The notes below the pieces were generated by a model, which was given only the letters and a program-made list of their open reading frames with translations, searched no databases and was not told the DNA's origin. DNA of 64,000 nucleotides from Sphagnum compactum (taxonomy: Eukaryota), in contig OZ234494.1 of NCBI GenBank assembly GCA_965153455.1, forward strand, positions 1,240,001-1,304,000, given 5' to 3'. Position 1 is the first letter of the stretch, and each line of letters begins with the position of its first letter. Both the position numbers and the translations under genes were made by a program. Shown one piece after another: positions 52,013 to 64,000 of this stretch.

Positions 52013-52471
52013 TCAGTTCAAATCCTCCTCCTTGTGCGTCTCGACGACCAGATCGGAAGTTGGATACGCGGCGCACGTGAGCACAAAGCCGGCACCAACC
52101 TGATCGTCGTCCAAGAAGGAGCCATCGGACTGGTCGACAGAGCCGGACTTGATTATCCCGGCGCATGAGGAGCAAGCCCCAGCACGACAAGAATACGGCA
52201 AGTCGAGTCCCGCCTCTTCGGCAGCGTCCAGGAGGTAAGTATCTCCGTCGACTTCCACTTCCTGCTCACCGTCGGGGGTGACAAACTTGACTTTGTAGGC
52301 TGTGACCCGCCCCATACTCCCCCGACTACTCAACCCGAACGCTTTGTTTACCGCCACTTTGGAGCTCCTCAACGTGCAGCTACTGCTACTCCTCTGCTGC
52401 CTCAGAGAAGACGAACAAGAAACGGCCATGGACGGCACCACCACCATGTTTACTGCCAGTGCACCTGCCAT
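52013..52471 (-). CDS. PETF: Chloroplast [2Fe-2S] ferredoxin precursor (152 aa), intronless
   Basis: Ser-rich transit peptide, [45 protein letters not shown]. Confidence 0.96.
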   Translation of the reverse strand: MAGALAVNMVVVPSMAVSCSSSLRQQRSSSSCTLRSSKVAVNKAFGLSSRGSMGRVTAYKVKFVTPDGEQEVEVDGDTYLLDAAEEAGLDLPYSCRAGACSSCAGIIKSGSVDQSDGSFLDDDQVGAGFVLTCAAYPTSDLVVETHKEEDLN

Positions 52472-52724
52472 AACGACGACCGAGCAAACCCAGGGATAAC
52501 AAACGGAGAAGAGCAAAGGCTGCAGACACGCACCGCGAGGACGAGAACGACGAAGGCAATGCAGCTCGCAAGCGAAGAAGAAGAACAAGAAGGACGAGGA
52601 GAAGGAGAAGCAATGCTACTGTACTGAAGAGCTCGCCAAGAATCGCCATCCTCCGTTCGTTCTCGCCCTCCTCTATCGCCGACAAACCTCTCTCATCTGC
52701 CAGCTGGCACATTCTGCTCCACTC

Positions 52725-52840
52725 ATTGGTGGCTCTGTGGACACCGCGAATAGTAGTGAGATAAGGCTGAGTTAGTGAGTGGGTTAGTGAGTGGGTAAGT
52801 GAGTGAGTAAGTGTGTGTGTGAGAGAGAGAGAGAGAGAGC
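52725..52840 (-). promoter_or_regulatory. Putative ferredoxin promoter elements: CCAAT (52725-52729, minus), I-box GATAAG (52760-52765), TGAG/GA repeats
   Basis: Motifs read directly 250-370 bp upstream of the ATG; function inferred. Confidence 0.35.
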
Positions 52841-55800
52841 CTTTCTCAGTGCCAGTGTTTTTTTTTTTTTTTTCCGGTGTGAAATTTCGCCAAAATGTCA
52901 AAAAATTAAATTTAAAAGGAAAATACTCTCTCATAATAACTATGCCCTTTTTTTCCTGAAAAAAACTTCCAATTTTTTTAAGCAATTTGATTTTGGAAAA
53001 AAAAATTCACCAAAATTAGACTCTGATTTTTAGTTTGGTAGTGACTTGTTTTGAGGCTAAATTTTCGCCATTTTGTGGGAAATATTTTGTGGGAAAAAAA
53101 AAGAATATTTTATCACAAACTTCCTTTTTTTTTTGAGAAAAAATAATGGGTTTTAGAAGTCTTTTTTTTCTGGGGAAGTAAGTAAGTTAAGTTCACTCCA
53201 TTCACAACAAAAACTAGCCAATTTTAGGCCAATTTGAATGTCAAAATTTTTAAGAACTCAAATGATATTGGGATTGGATTGTGTGCACTAGATAGATATG
53301 TGGCTCTCAAAGTCCTTATCTGCAAGTCCTTCAAGGAAAACTTTTAAGAAGTTAGTTTTTTAGCCATGTTCCTTATGGCTTTGTGGATGAAGATTTCTTT
53401 AGATTCTCATGAGAGTTATGTATATCCACATGCTTGAATGTGAGGTATGAAAGTAGTCTCATCTTGATGCTAAGTTAATGTTAAGAAAGCCTATTCTATT
53501 TTATTATTTTATTACTACTATTATTATTATTATTATTATTATTTTTGGCCTTCATACCAAGGATGTTCGCCAACATCAAATCTTACGTGGCACACAATGT
53601 TAATTGAGTGTTAACTTGATGTTAAGTGGATGGTACCTTAGTAGATTTTATAAAATAAAAGCACAATGTTAGGTAATAAGCCCATAAAAAAAGGTTTTAG
53701 GTCAATGTTAAATTAACAAAATGTTTTTTTTAATGATTTTCGTAGGTTTGGATGAGTGTAAAAAATTAATTCTTAGATCAATGTTAATTTAAATAGGTAA
53801 TTTTATTTTTTATGTGACGTTATTTAAATATTAAATTATTTAGCAATATGGGGCTTTAATGATAAGTTTGATGACAACAATATTAGAGCTAATATTTAAC
53901 TGAGGAAATGTTACATTTGAACTTAGAGAACCTCGTTTAGCCTTGGGGTGGGATATCTACAATATTTAAAAATAAACCCAAAAAAATCTAGGGTTTTTAT
54001 CATGGTAATAATGTAGGCCTTAGTTCACCCAAGGCAAAGCCTTGACTAAAACTATTATGTGTTGGGAGCTTTCTTTTGCCCCATTAGCAAAAAGTTTATT
54101 TGAAGATGGCTATGATTTAAAATGCGAAGGTTCAAAAATTGACTCATATTTTAAATTTAAAGGTGAATTTTTTTGTTATACTTGGAATTAGGTTTAAACT
54201 GTTTGGCCATTTTTTTGCAAATAAACCTTTTTAGGTACGTGTTAAATTATTTTTGAAATTTAACAACTACTTTTAACAAATTGTACTATTGCACACATAA
54301 TGCAAAGTTTAAACTACAAGTACAATTAAACAAGAAACATATTTACATATGAACCTTTACTAGTAAATATAAGCATTTTGTGGGAAAATTGAACCCTTCA
54401 AAGTAGACATTCCAACACAAATGATTTACAAAACCACGAGTTAGTACCAAGTTACAACAAATGCAAAAATAAATCATTTGTAGTGGATTGTGGAAGGAGG
54501 GTAGAAAATGCCAACATCATGCAAAAAAAGTTGTGTGGCTTGTAAAATAGTTATTGAATTTAACAATATGGAACAACCAACACATTTTTTGCCTTTGCGA
54601 TAGAGCAATTGCACAAAGCATGTATTGCCTATCCATCATAACAATATCAATGACAAGCTCCTTGCCACTACTCAATGCAATTTACATACATGAAATTTTA
54701 CAAAGTATATAATTGTTGTGCAAACATGTGCACAACAAATGGCAAGTGGGTAATGAACTTATTGCAAAACTTTGATTTCATAAAAGCTAGAATAGAGAAA
54801 CAACTCTCAACCTCCATGCTACCTACTATTTGCACCATGGTTAATTTAGCCAATTTCACATACTTTGGGATGTTGGAGACAAGTACCCTAGATGTCATCA
54901 CAAGGTGCCACATTTTGGTTAAAGGATTCAAGACAAAAGGGGGTAACACATATTATCGCAATTGATTTCATTATGAGCTTGAATATGCCTTGTTAGCAAT
55001 CAAGGTCAATAACATTGAACACCTCTCCATTGTTTGTTCTTATTCATCCACCTTATACGTTTTGCCATAATAGAAAATTATTTTAATAACTTGAATGTGT
55101 TTGACAAATGATGCATCACATTTTGGTTGTAACTGACATTAGGGATATACAATCCCAAAAACATCCATGACAAAATGGGCATGAAAGGCAAAAAGGAAAA
55201 AGTTAAAGGCTTACCTTTGCACTAGTTCTTCACCACTGATTCAACCACAATAAATACATCTTCTTTCAACATTGAAGGCAAGATAGTTTGCAAATCTTGA
55301 TGAATTGCTCAAACATGTTGGCCATTTAATTCAAGGTCAAATGTGGAATTCTAAAATTCAAATAAGATATCCATCACATTTGGATGTTTTGATGCTTTAA
55401 ATTCTAGCAATGATTTGAAGGCCTAGAAATTATCAACAATGAACCTAGAAGTTTGATCAATAGATATTGTAAACATCACATTGATAAACCTTTATGGTTG
55501 CCATGAGGTCACACATTAACACATCTTTAGATTGTGAAAACTTGATGAAAACATGCAAAATTCAAGTAATGGCAAAATGTTAGCAAGTCCAAGCAAAGTT
55601 GAAGGTCACAAAGGTGTTCATAATTCAACATAGCTTGTTGGTTTGTAAGGTTGTCCAAGGCCATATTCACAAGGAAAGTTGTGTATTCTACCATAATTCT
55701 TTTGGTAGGGCTCAACATTCTTGTCTTGACATTTTGAAGAATTTCATTTCCCTTTGTTGTCATGATATTCACAAATTTTGTGAATTCCAAGTGCCTCTTA

Positions 55801-55963
55801 AGTGAATGTGCAAAATAGGAATACAAACATTGTAGTAGATTCTCATGGTGCATCACCAAAGGCAAACCCGACAATGTCTAGGCCACCAAATTAAAGAAGT
55901 GGGCCATACAATGAACTTCAAAAGAATGAGGAGCATAAGTGTCATGAATTTGTTTTGTAACAC

Positions 55964-56414
55964 TAGGGTACAAATGGGATAACATGAGTCACACCCACTT
56001 GCTTTTTGACTACTTTTGTGATTGCTTTTGGGGAAATATTCTTAAAATATTCTCGAAATATTCTTGATTTTTAAAAAAAAAATCTTTAAAAAATTAAATA
56101 GTTTATTCATACTATTTTATTAAGGTTTATGTTAAAATTTTGGCAAAAAATGATATTTTAAAAAAATTCAAATCCATTTACAAGTTATTTTATTCCTTAA
56201 AAGCAAGTGTTACAATGCTTAATGAGTGTTTTTGTTATTTTTTACTCATTGGATGAATTTCAAATTAATTCACATGTTCCCATGATATATAAAAAATACA
56301 ACTATATAAACAAATCTTATAATTTCAACATCAAATTACATTACGACTTTAAAACATGAGAAAACCAAGCAAGTGTTACACTTGCTATGGTATGTGTTAT
56401 TCTGACTTCACCCA
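55964..56414. mobile_element. ~450-bp MITE-like insertion inside the hAT remnant
   Basis: Transposase text GTKND | VTKQIHDTYAPHSFEVHCMAH is interrupted here; ends TAGGGTACAAATGGGATAACA / TGTTATTCTGACTTCACCCA are only weakly inverted. Confidence 0.55.
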
Positions 56415-56481
56415 TCATTTTTTGTGCCCTAAAACACATTAACACCATCTACCCCAAAATAGATGAACTTCTAAGTAATCT

Positions 56482-58689
56482 CATTATGAAAAATATGGGT
56501 GTTTTGCAACTGGCCTTGCAACTCAATTTTTGAGTTGCAACTAGCCTTGCAACTCAATTCTTGAATTGCAAATGACAATTGCAAGTCATTGTATTTATAT
56601 GCTATGAATGCTATCAGACAAGTTGCATGAATTATAACTCACCATATATATAGTGCAACTCATTGAAACTCAATTGCAACTTAATAAAAAACAATTCGTT
56701 TTCAATTACTATGCAACTCCATTATAATTACACACATGATGTCATGATGACATCATTAATTGTCATCCATCTATTAAAATCTGACATGTGGCATTATGAA
56801 GATTTTTAGACATTATTTTTTTTTGAAATATTGATTTCCATCATCCATTATGATTGTTAATGATGGTGTGATATTGTGACGCATGACACAATAAAAAAAT
56901 GCCACATGCCATATCAATTGTATTTTGAAAAAAAAAAAATAAAAAAAAAATTTAGTAGCTTGGTAGGTCATACATAACCATAGGTGGGAAGGTTGGTAGG
57001 ATTTAAGACTTACATACCTACATATTTACTTAGGACCTACCTACCTACTTACATAAATAGGTAGAAAAGTAGGACCTACTTACCCACCTAGGTATGTAAG
57101 TAGGTAGGAAAGCACAAGACTAAGTGCACTAAAAAATAACCATGAATTTTTATTTTATTTTAATGTTTTGCCTTTAAGTTAAGCTTTTTTAAGTTCATCC
57201 CAAAATGACACATGTATTTTAATGTGAGAACATAACAAAACAAACCTTCTTTATATAGTTTGTAACAAGGGATTTGAAAATAAAACATATGGATTAAATA
57301 TTTTAATTGTTCATTAGTTGCAAATTGAGTTGCAACTATAACATTTAAGCACTCAAGGGGAGGGTTCCATTATTGTTTGGTGTTTAAACAAAACTTGAAC
57401 CCCTTTTATTGGAGCATTTGCTGCATTAAAAATCATCAAAAATGGAATATAATTAAGAAAGTTATGGCCCCTCAAAGTAAAGGGGGTTAAAAACTCAAAG
57501 AAACAAACCACCAAATGCTACAAAGACCAGTTCCCAAAACAACAAAAGTCCTTGTATATTGTTCTATTGTTATTAGAGTTCAAAGGTGATTTGTAAAACT
57601 TCAGGTGGCATTCCTATAACACTTTAAATTGTTTAAAATGAATAAGATATAAGAAAGTTATGAGGTTTGAAAATAAGAGGTGTCCAAAGAAAAAAAAAAG
57701 TAAAAAAACGTGTTTTGTAAGTTGGAAAACTTATTTCTTTTATTGTTTATTTTTCATTATTCATTTTCCTTTGCACTTCAAAGATAATTTCTAGAATTTG
57801 AAGTAGCATTCCCATAACATTTTAAATCACTCAAAATAAAACACAAATGATGAAAATATAAATAATTGATGAATATGTATCCTTATTAAGTTATAAATAA
57901 TTGTATTATAGGGTGCAAATTCTTTAAGGTGTACCAAAATCTTGTCACAATGTCACCATTTTCTGTCTTTTTTATTAAATCATTTTTTACCATCTAAAGA
58001 CACATTTATGGATTATTGTGATGGAATCTAGAATTGTAATAGTCTTAAATATAATCCTTTTGAAAATTTTGACAACTTTTGATTCATTATTTTTTATGGG
58101 GATCAAAATATAAGTAAAAAATGATTGTAGTAAGGATTAAGCCCTTTTCGTCATGTGTTGTACACTTTAAAGGATTTTTATCCTATAGTCAGAATAGTAT
58201 TTTAGTAGTGGTATAGTAATGGCCATACTAATTATATCAATGAGAATCATAATCAAAAACTTGTTGCAAATGTATCCCATAATGGGTGGTGGAAATGTGG
58301 ACACATGGCATGATCACATGTATGTACATTGTACATTAGTTGCAACATAGTTGTTGCTTTAGTGACACATTTATAATAGTTCTAAAGTAATTGCCACATG
58401 CAACTATAATGCAATTCTTGAAAAAGTCAAACATGGTTGATTATATATGTATGTAGAATGTGTATAAATTATTGTATAGAAGACCCATTTTCAACTCACT
58501 TGCAACTATAGTAAATTAACTGATTTTCTAACATGAAAATTTATTTATTAATACACTGTATTTTTAAGGGGATAGTTGCATAATTGTTGTAATACCCAAG
58601 GGATAGTTACATAATAGTTGTATATGAATTGTTTTTTGAGTTTTAGTTGCAGGGTAATGTGGTTTCGACAAACGCAATTTCTCATAGTG
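56482..58689. mobile_element. Non-autonomous CACTA (En/Spm) element, 2.2 kb, with 3-bp TSD
   Basis: Left end CATTATGAAAAAT, right end ATTTCTCATAGTG (revcomp CACTATGAGAAAT); TCT on both flanks (56479-56481, 58690-58692); many subterminal TTGCAACT/AGTTGCAA repeats. Confidence 0.85.
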
Positions 58690-61249
58690 TCTAGTCTTTT
58701 AACAAACCACTACCAATCATGAAAGCCTCCATAATGAGCTTGGTCAAATTATCACTCTTTGATTCCTTAAGCACCTAGTCCAAAGATATGAGAATTAAAA
58801 TCCTTACCCAATTTTGCACCACATAATAGTGAATAAACAATCAAGTTTGGTTGTCAATTATAAAAAATTCATCACAAGTGAAAACAACACTTCAAACAAC
58901 CCTTACTATTGCCCTTATTACTTTTTAATGCATGAATTCTGCCATTGTCCAGTTGGAATTGTCATTCCATTGCTTATTATTTGTTTGTTGGCATTACTAG
59001 GAACCCAAATAGAGGTGTTAATGCCCCATATTCCATCATGGTACATCCTTATTTAAGGCCAAGGTAGCCTAAGTAACCAAGGTTGCAAGTGTGAGGATTT
59101 AAACTCTTCACCTCCATTTTGAGAAGTCAATTCCTTACCATTATATTATCACTTCAAAAGATGATATATTTTGTCATCATATTGTAATGAATTTGATTAA
59201 TTTTTTCATCTTGATGTACATATTGTAATATTAATCAATGAACTTTTTCATTGATTAGGTTTCTAATCAAATTTTATTTTTTTCTTTTTTTACATTATTT
59301 ATTTAGGTAGTAGGTTATGCCATGTTTTTAGATATTTATTAGTAGGTACCATGTATGTAGGTTTATACATGTACCTAAAATAACATGTAAATAGTTAAGC
59401 ATAGTTAATTATTAACATGTAATTAGTTTAATCTTAAATTTTTATAATTTTAATAAATTTAAGTTATTGATTCTAAAATTAATTGCTGATTTTGGATTAT
59501 TTACTATTAATTATTAATTAAATGGCTATTATTTATTGGCTATTAATTAACATGATTCATGACTCAATTATTTATTTAATTAAAACACTAATATTAAATT
59601 ATTAAACATTAACTATTAGTTATTAAATATCAACTAATTAATGTAGTAAGCCTAGGTACCTACATGTGGCTCAAGGTAGCATGTAAGTAGCCTGTTAAAC
59701 TTTATAAGTATCTATTAGGTGTAATAAACCTAACTTATTTTAGCTATGAACTTAGGTTAGATATGTACCCTAGGCCAAACAAACTTATAAGTTAAGTAAC
59801 CAAATTAGTATCGTCAATTTGATTAGGATTTGTTCATTTTGACAAACCTATGTCCCTTTTGATTAAATGTTTGGCTTGTCACATGGCCAAAAAGGGTCAT
59901 TTTAATCAATTGTTCCAATCAAAAAGTAACTCATGTCTTTCATACCCCAAACGTTTAGTCAAAATGGCCATCCCCTTTGGTCAATGTGAACATTTTAATC
60001 AAGTTGGACATTCTAAAAAACCATGTTTTCTTGTGGTGCTAGATACCAATTGCTTTGATGAGTCCATTGAATTCCTTGAAAAAACATGTTTCCCACACCT
60101 CAACCTTCTAGTGTTCAATATAATCAACAAGGGGGCTAAATGTCGAATCCAAGTTCACTTTGCATATAACCAGAATTTTATTCTATTATTTTTTTCAAAT
60201 TATTACATACCAAACACTTTGTGTAGCCACTTTGTGAAATTTTCTTTTGAGATATCCTTTTTAGAAAATCTCAAATTCTCTTTGATTAAATTTTTTGAAT
60301 TCCACTAGTTCAACCACTCAATTTTTTGAGCGGGCTCAACCAAACGCATGATTCAAGGGCTCAACATGTAACTTTTCAAATGTCATTTCTACATCCTCCT
60401 CCCTTTTAAATCATAGTGATTAAAAATTTCTTTAAGAAATTCCAAACCAAGTGCAAGATTTGCCACACACCATCTTCCCAAAATGACAGTCGAAAGTCTT
60501 TCTTTTGTCATCTATTTTTTTGCACATGAGTTGTGCCATTTCTTGCTTAATTTTTTTTTTTTACTTTAGGTAGACTTTCATAATAATGATGGACAACCAT
60601 ATTTCTTGCAATAGTTATCTCTTGCTACACATTTGAAAAACCACGCACATCAATGTCTTTTGTTAGTTTTAGAATAGTGGAATATGCCAACACATCCATA
60701 AGTCAAATGTAACTTGATAGGAAACCATTTTTTACTAGACACATTTAAAACTCAAGATTAATCATTTTCATATAGCCAATGTTTTTATATGAATTTTTTA
60801 GTGTTTATTGTTCTTTAACCCCTTCCACAAATGAACTATGCTAGAAAAATATTTTAATTTTCAAGCTTAAAAAGTAATCAAGTAAGAAAAAATTATGCAT
60901 TAATTAATCTTACAAACATGGAAAAATTTAAAAATCTAAGAGAATCCAATGGTCCATTGTGATCAAATTGGAGTCTTAAATCTAAAACCATGAATTTCTT
61001 TTTAAATTTTAAAACCATGAAGGAAGGTAAAACAATATACTAGATTCAATTGCAAAGAAAAAACAAGTACCAATCATCATTTCATATCCACAATCTTGAA
61101 CACAAGTCTTTTGTTCATATATGTAGGAATGAAAATAGAATTCATACATTATATAAGTAATTGATCATGGCCTTTCTTGTTTTGTACCACACACACTTTT
61201 TTCTAGCCAATGTTGTTTTGTATTGTGAGTTGGGAATAATACATTTAAA

Positions 61250-61900
61250 TTACTCCAAGGGGATTTGTCCCATGCTTTGAGTGCGATACAACATGTGGAG
61301 AATGATCCCTTTCACATGGTCACCTTGAATTACAACATCATTGCACATGAATGTATGAACCTCCCAACCATAAATAAATAAATAAATATATATATATAGT
61401 TTGAGATATCCTAACTTGTTAAAATTTGTCATGGTAGTAAGTAATTGTATCATGTTGCTTGTGCCCTCCAAGATGATGCACTTAGGCATGATGTCCCATT
61501 CCCAATTTCATGGTGGACTTTGTCAATGAAGTGATACCAAGCTTTCAATTTGTGATTACCAACCCAAACAAAAAACATTTTGTTTGAAAATTTGTTGAGG
61601 CCTATAAGAACTTAGGCCTCAACAAATTCCATGTTCTTATTTTTCCAATGTTTGTTTCAACCTTGCACGATCTTTGAGGTCACATCCATATCCTCTAAAC
61701 CAAATTATTTGTTTGGAAAACATAAAAAACCATGTCATCTTCCTTGTACCCAAATTGGAAACTAGTTTCCATCTTTTGGATATCCACTAATAATGCAAGA
61801 TGCATTATTGCCATGGACACCATTTTGCATAAAGAGATACAAAATTTGACCTTGGTATGAGGTTAAATTTTCAACCTCTCTAACCAAGACATGCTTGAAA
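61250..61900 (-). pseudogene. Decayed TE-associated ORF with ParB/Srx-like motif
   Basis: ISLCKMVSMAIMHLALLVDIQKMETSFQFGYKEDDMVFMFS then FSNKMFFVWVGNHKLKAWYHFIDKVH (61590-61513) then MPKCIILEG; frameshifted. Confidence 0.45.
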
Positions 61901-64000
61901 CCTTATGTTCAGCTTGCAGGGACATGATCCTTTTGTCAAAGCATAGTGAATCATGTTGATTTTGTCGGAAATATTGGAAAATAATCATATAGATTTGCAT
62001 CATTTGACATATGCACATAATTCAAACCACATCTTTGCAATTGAAATATGTAACATATGTAAAAAAGTTTCGTTTTTTTTCCAACATGGTTTTTAACTTG
62101 TTTGATTGTGATTTAACCTTGATAGATCCATCCAAGATTGACAATTTAAGTTGTTTTAATTATTATACATAATTTTTTAATTTTAAACCAATTAATTATA
62201 AATTTCACATTATATATATCTTATTAACATATATGTTGGGGTTGTTAAATGTGGTCCATGACACGCATGCCACACATGAGTGAATGCAAGGCCAAATGTG
62301 TAAAGTGTAAATTTTAATGTTCATAATTTACATATTTCAACATGTTACAACAATGAAGGTCAATGGCATAAAAAATGAAAAGCCCTAAGGCTCACCATTA
62401 CATTGTAGAATTGGCTTTACTAGACTATTCTCTAATTCATTCCATTTAATAGGAGAAATCGTAGAGGCTTGCAAAGCATAACTAGTCCATTGGGCTCGAT
62501 TTTTAATCCTTTCTTTTCTTGTGCCTCCATGATAGAATTATGGGACCTAGCATCCATCATTGAACCATCCATCAACAACCACAAGAAGAAATCCCCCAAA
62601 AATTAACCAATGCATTTGCAACTATTTCACACCCTTGAAAATTTTGCAACTATACTATAATTACATTTGCAACTAATAACATTTTCATCCTACACTTTAT
62701 GATTGTTTTCATCCATGATCATGCCCATATGTCACAATTTTAATTGCAAATAAAACAAACTTAATCACACCGTTAGGGTGTTAGCATAGCCCATAATGGG
62801 GTGCAATCATAGTCAAATGAACTAATAATGACAAAGGACTCAACCACAAATGGGCCCTTTTTGAAACTTTTTGACTTTTTCATAAAAAAGATTTTTTTTG
62901 CAATGTGTTCTTAAAAATATTGACAAGTCCAATAATAAATTACATTATTTGTGTTAATTTTTTTTGAATAAATATGAATTCTCTAAAAGTGTACAAATTT
63001 TGCCAGATTTTATGTTTCATTTTGAAAAATGATCATAATTTCAAATCATGCTAAAATATGATAACTATTTTAAGCTTTAGTTTTTTGTATCATAAGCCAA
63101 AACTTTGTTCATATGTCATACACATTATGGACCCATTTACATCTAGCAAATGATTTTAAAAATTAAAAAAATTTGAAATGATATTTTGAATTTCTCAAAA
63201 TTTCAAGTACCACAATTTTTAAATTATGAGTGCTTTTCATATGTGGATGATATGTTATTATCATTTCAAATTTTTTCCCATCAAAATTTCTTTATTGAAA
63301 GAGTCCTTAGCCTAGTGCTTTGTAAAACTGATTTTGGGGTGTTCAAGTTCAAAAGTCTTAAATATTAGAACCAAAACTCAATTTATTAAATTAAATGATT
63401 TTTTTTGAATTTTTCAACACTCATATAAAAATTTTAGCACATATTTCCTTGATCAACATGAAATTAAATTGGCATTAAATAAATATGTTTGAAAAAATTG
63501 ACGATTTTTTGATTGTTTGACATGGTTTTTGGTTCATTTGATTATGATTACACCCAATGGTATGCATAGGTGTATTAAATTTTTTAAAAAAAATGCACTC
63601 CTGCGAAGTTCTATTAAGGGTATATTGGCGGGTATATTTCCATTGGTGTATTTATAAAGTTGTGTTTAATTTATATTTAGGTAAATTAACTACCTACTTA
63701 CCAATATATGCTTGTTTACCTACCTATTTAACCTAGGTTACCTACACACCTAACATAGCTACCTACTTGTTAATTAATTGATAATCAACTAGTTACATTA
63801 ATTATTAATTAATTGATAACTAATAGTTAATATTCAATATTTATAATAAATAAATAATTATTAATTAATATTTTATTTATTTATTGATTATTTAAGAACC
63901 ATTAATGAGAATTTATAATTAATAAGTTAGTTAATTAATTATCTACTTAGTTATATCATATAGAATTTATAAAATGAAAACATAAGACAAAGGATATGAC

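Larger units (their letters stand above)
54600..59060 (-). mobile_element. hAT (ZNF862/DUF4371-like) transposase pseudogene, interrupted by two insertions
   Basis: SDEFFIIDNQT...YVVQNWVRI (~58800-58880), FGVDGVNVF, VHCMAH (~55900), YSYFAHSLKRHLEF, VKTR, VQIVGSMEVESCFSILAFMKSK; many stops. Confidence 0.8.

Noticed and set aside
52386-52985. 199-aa ORF upstream of ferredoxin
   Set aside because: Built from microsatellites and leader sequence (SLSLS, THSL repeats, poly-L).
59850-60800. Possible transposase (CxxC in TKCLVCNNL, minus strand)
   Set aside because: Too decayed to assign a family by eye.

Overview
Eukaryotic land-plant nuclear DNA, most consistent with a moss such as Sphagnum (inferred from gene set, GT-AG introns and repeat style; not verified by search). 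Gene islands alternate with very AT-rich transposon debris (~29.4-36 kb, ~41.4-44.6 kb, ~53-64 kb). Intact genes reconstructed by hand: a 5-exon NIP aquaporin (+), 8-exon XPF/UVH1 (-) head-to-head with a 2-exon NUP107 (+), 14-exon nicalin (-), an intronless ~1098-aa ankyrin + 2xCCCH + RRM protein (+), and a plastid [2Fe-2S] ferredoxin (-). Broken or partial genes: a decayed NB-ARC-LRR gene, a 5'-truncated Dabb (stress-responsive A/B barrel) gene and an intronless, start-less FAX/Tmemb_14 copy. TE relics: two hAT transposase remnants (one split by a CACTA element with intact TCT target-site duplication and by a second small insert), a Ty3/Gypsy RNase H fragment, an RLE-type LINE fragment, and a decayed ORF with a ParB/Srx-like motif. 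Best candidates for novelty: the ANK-CCCH-CCCH-RRM protein and the ParB-like ORF relic. All family calls are motif recognition by eye; no database searches were run.
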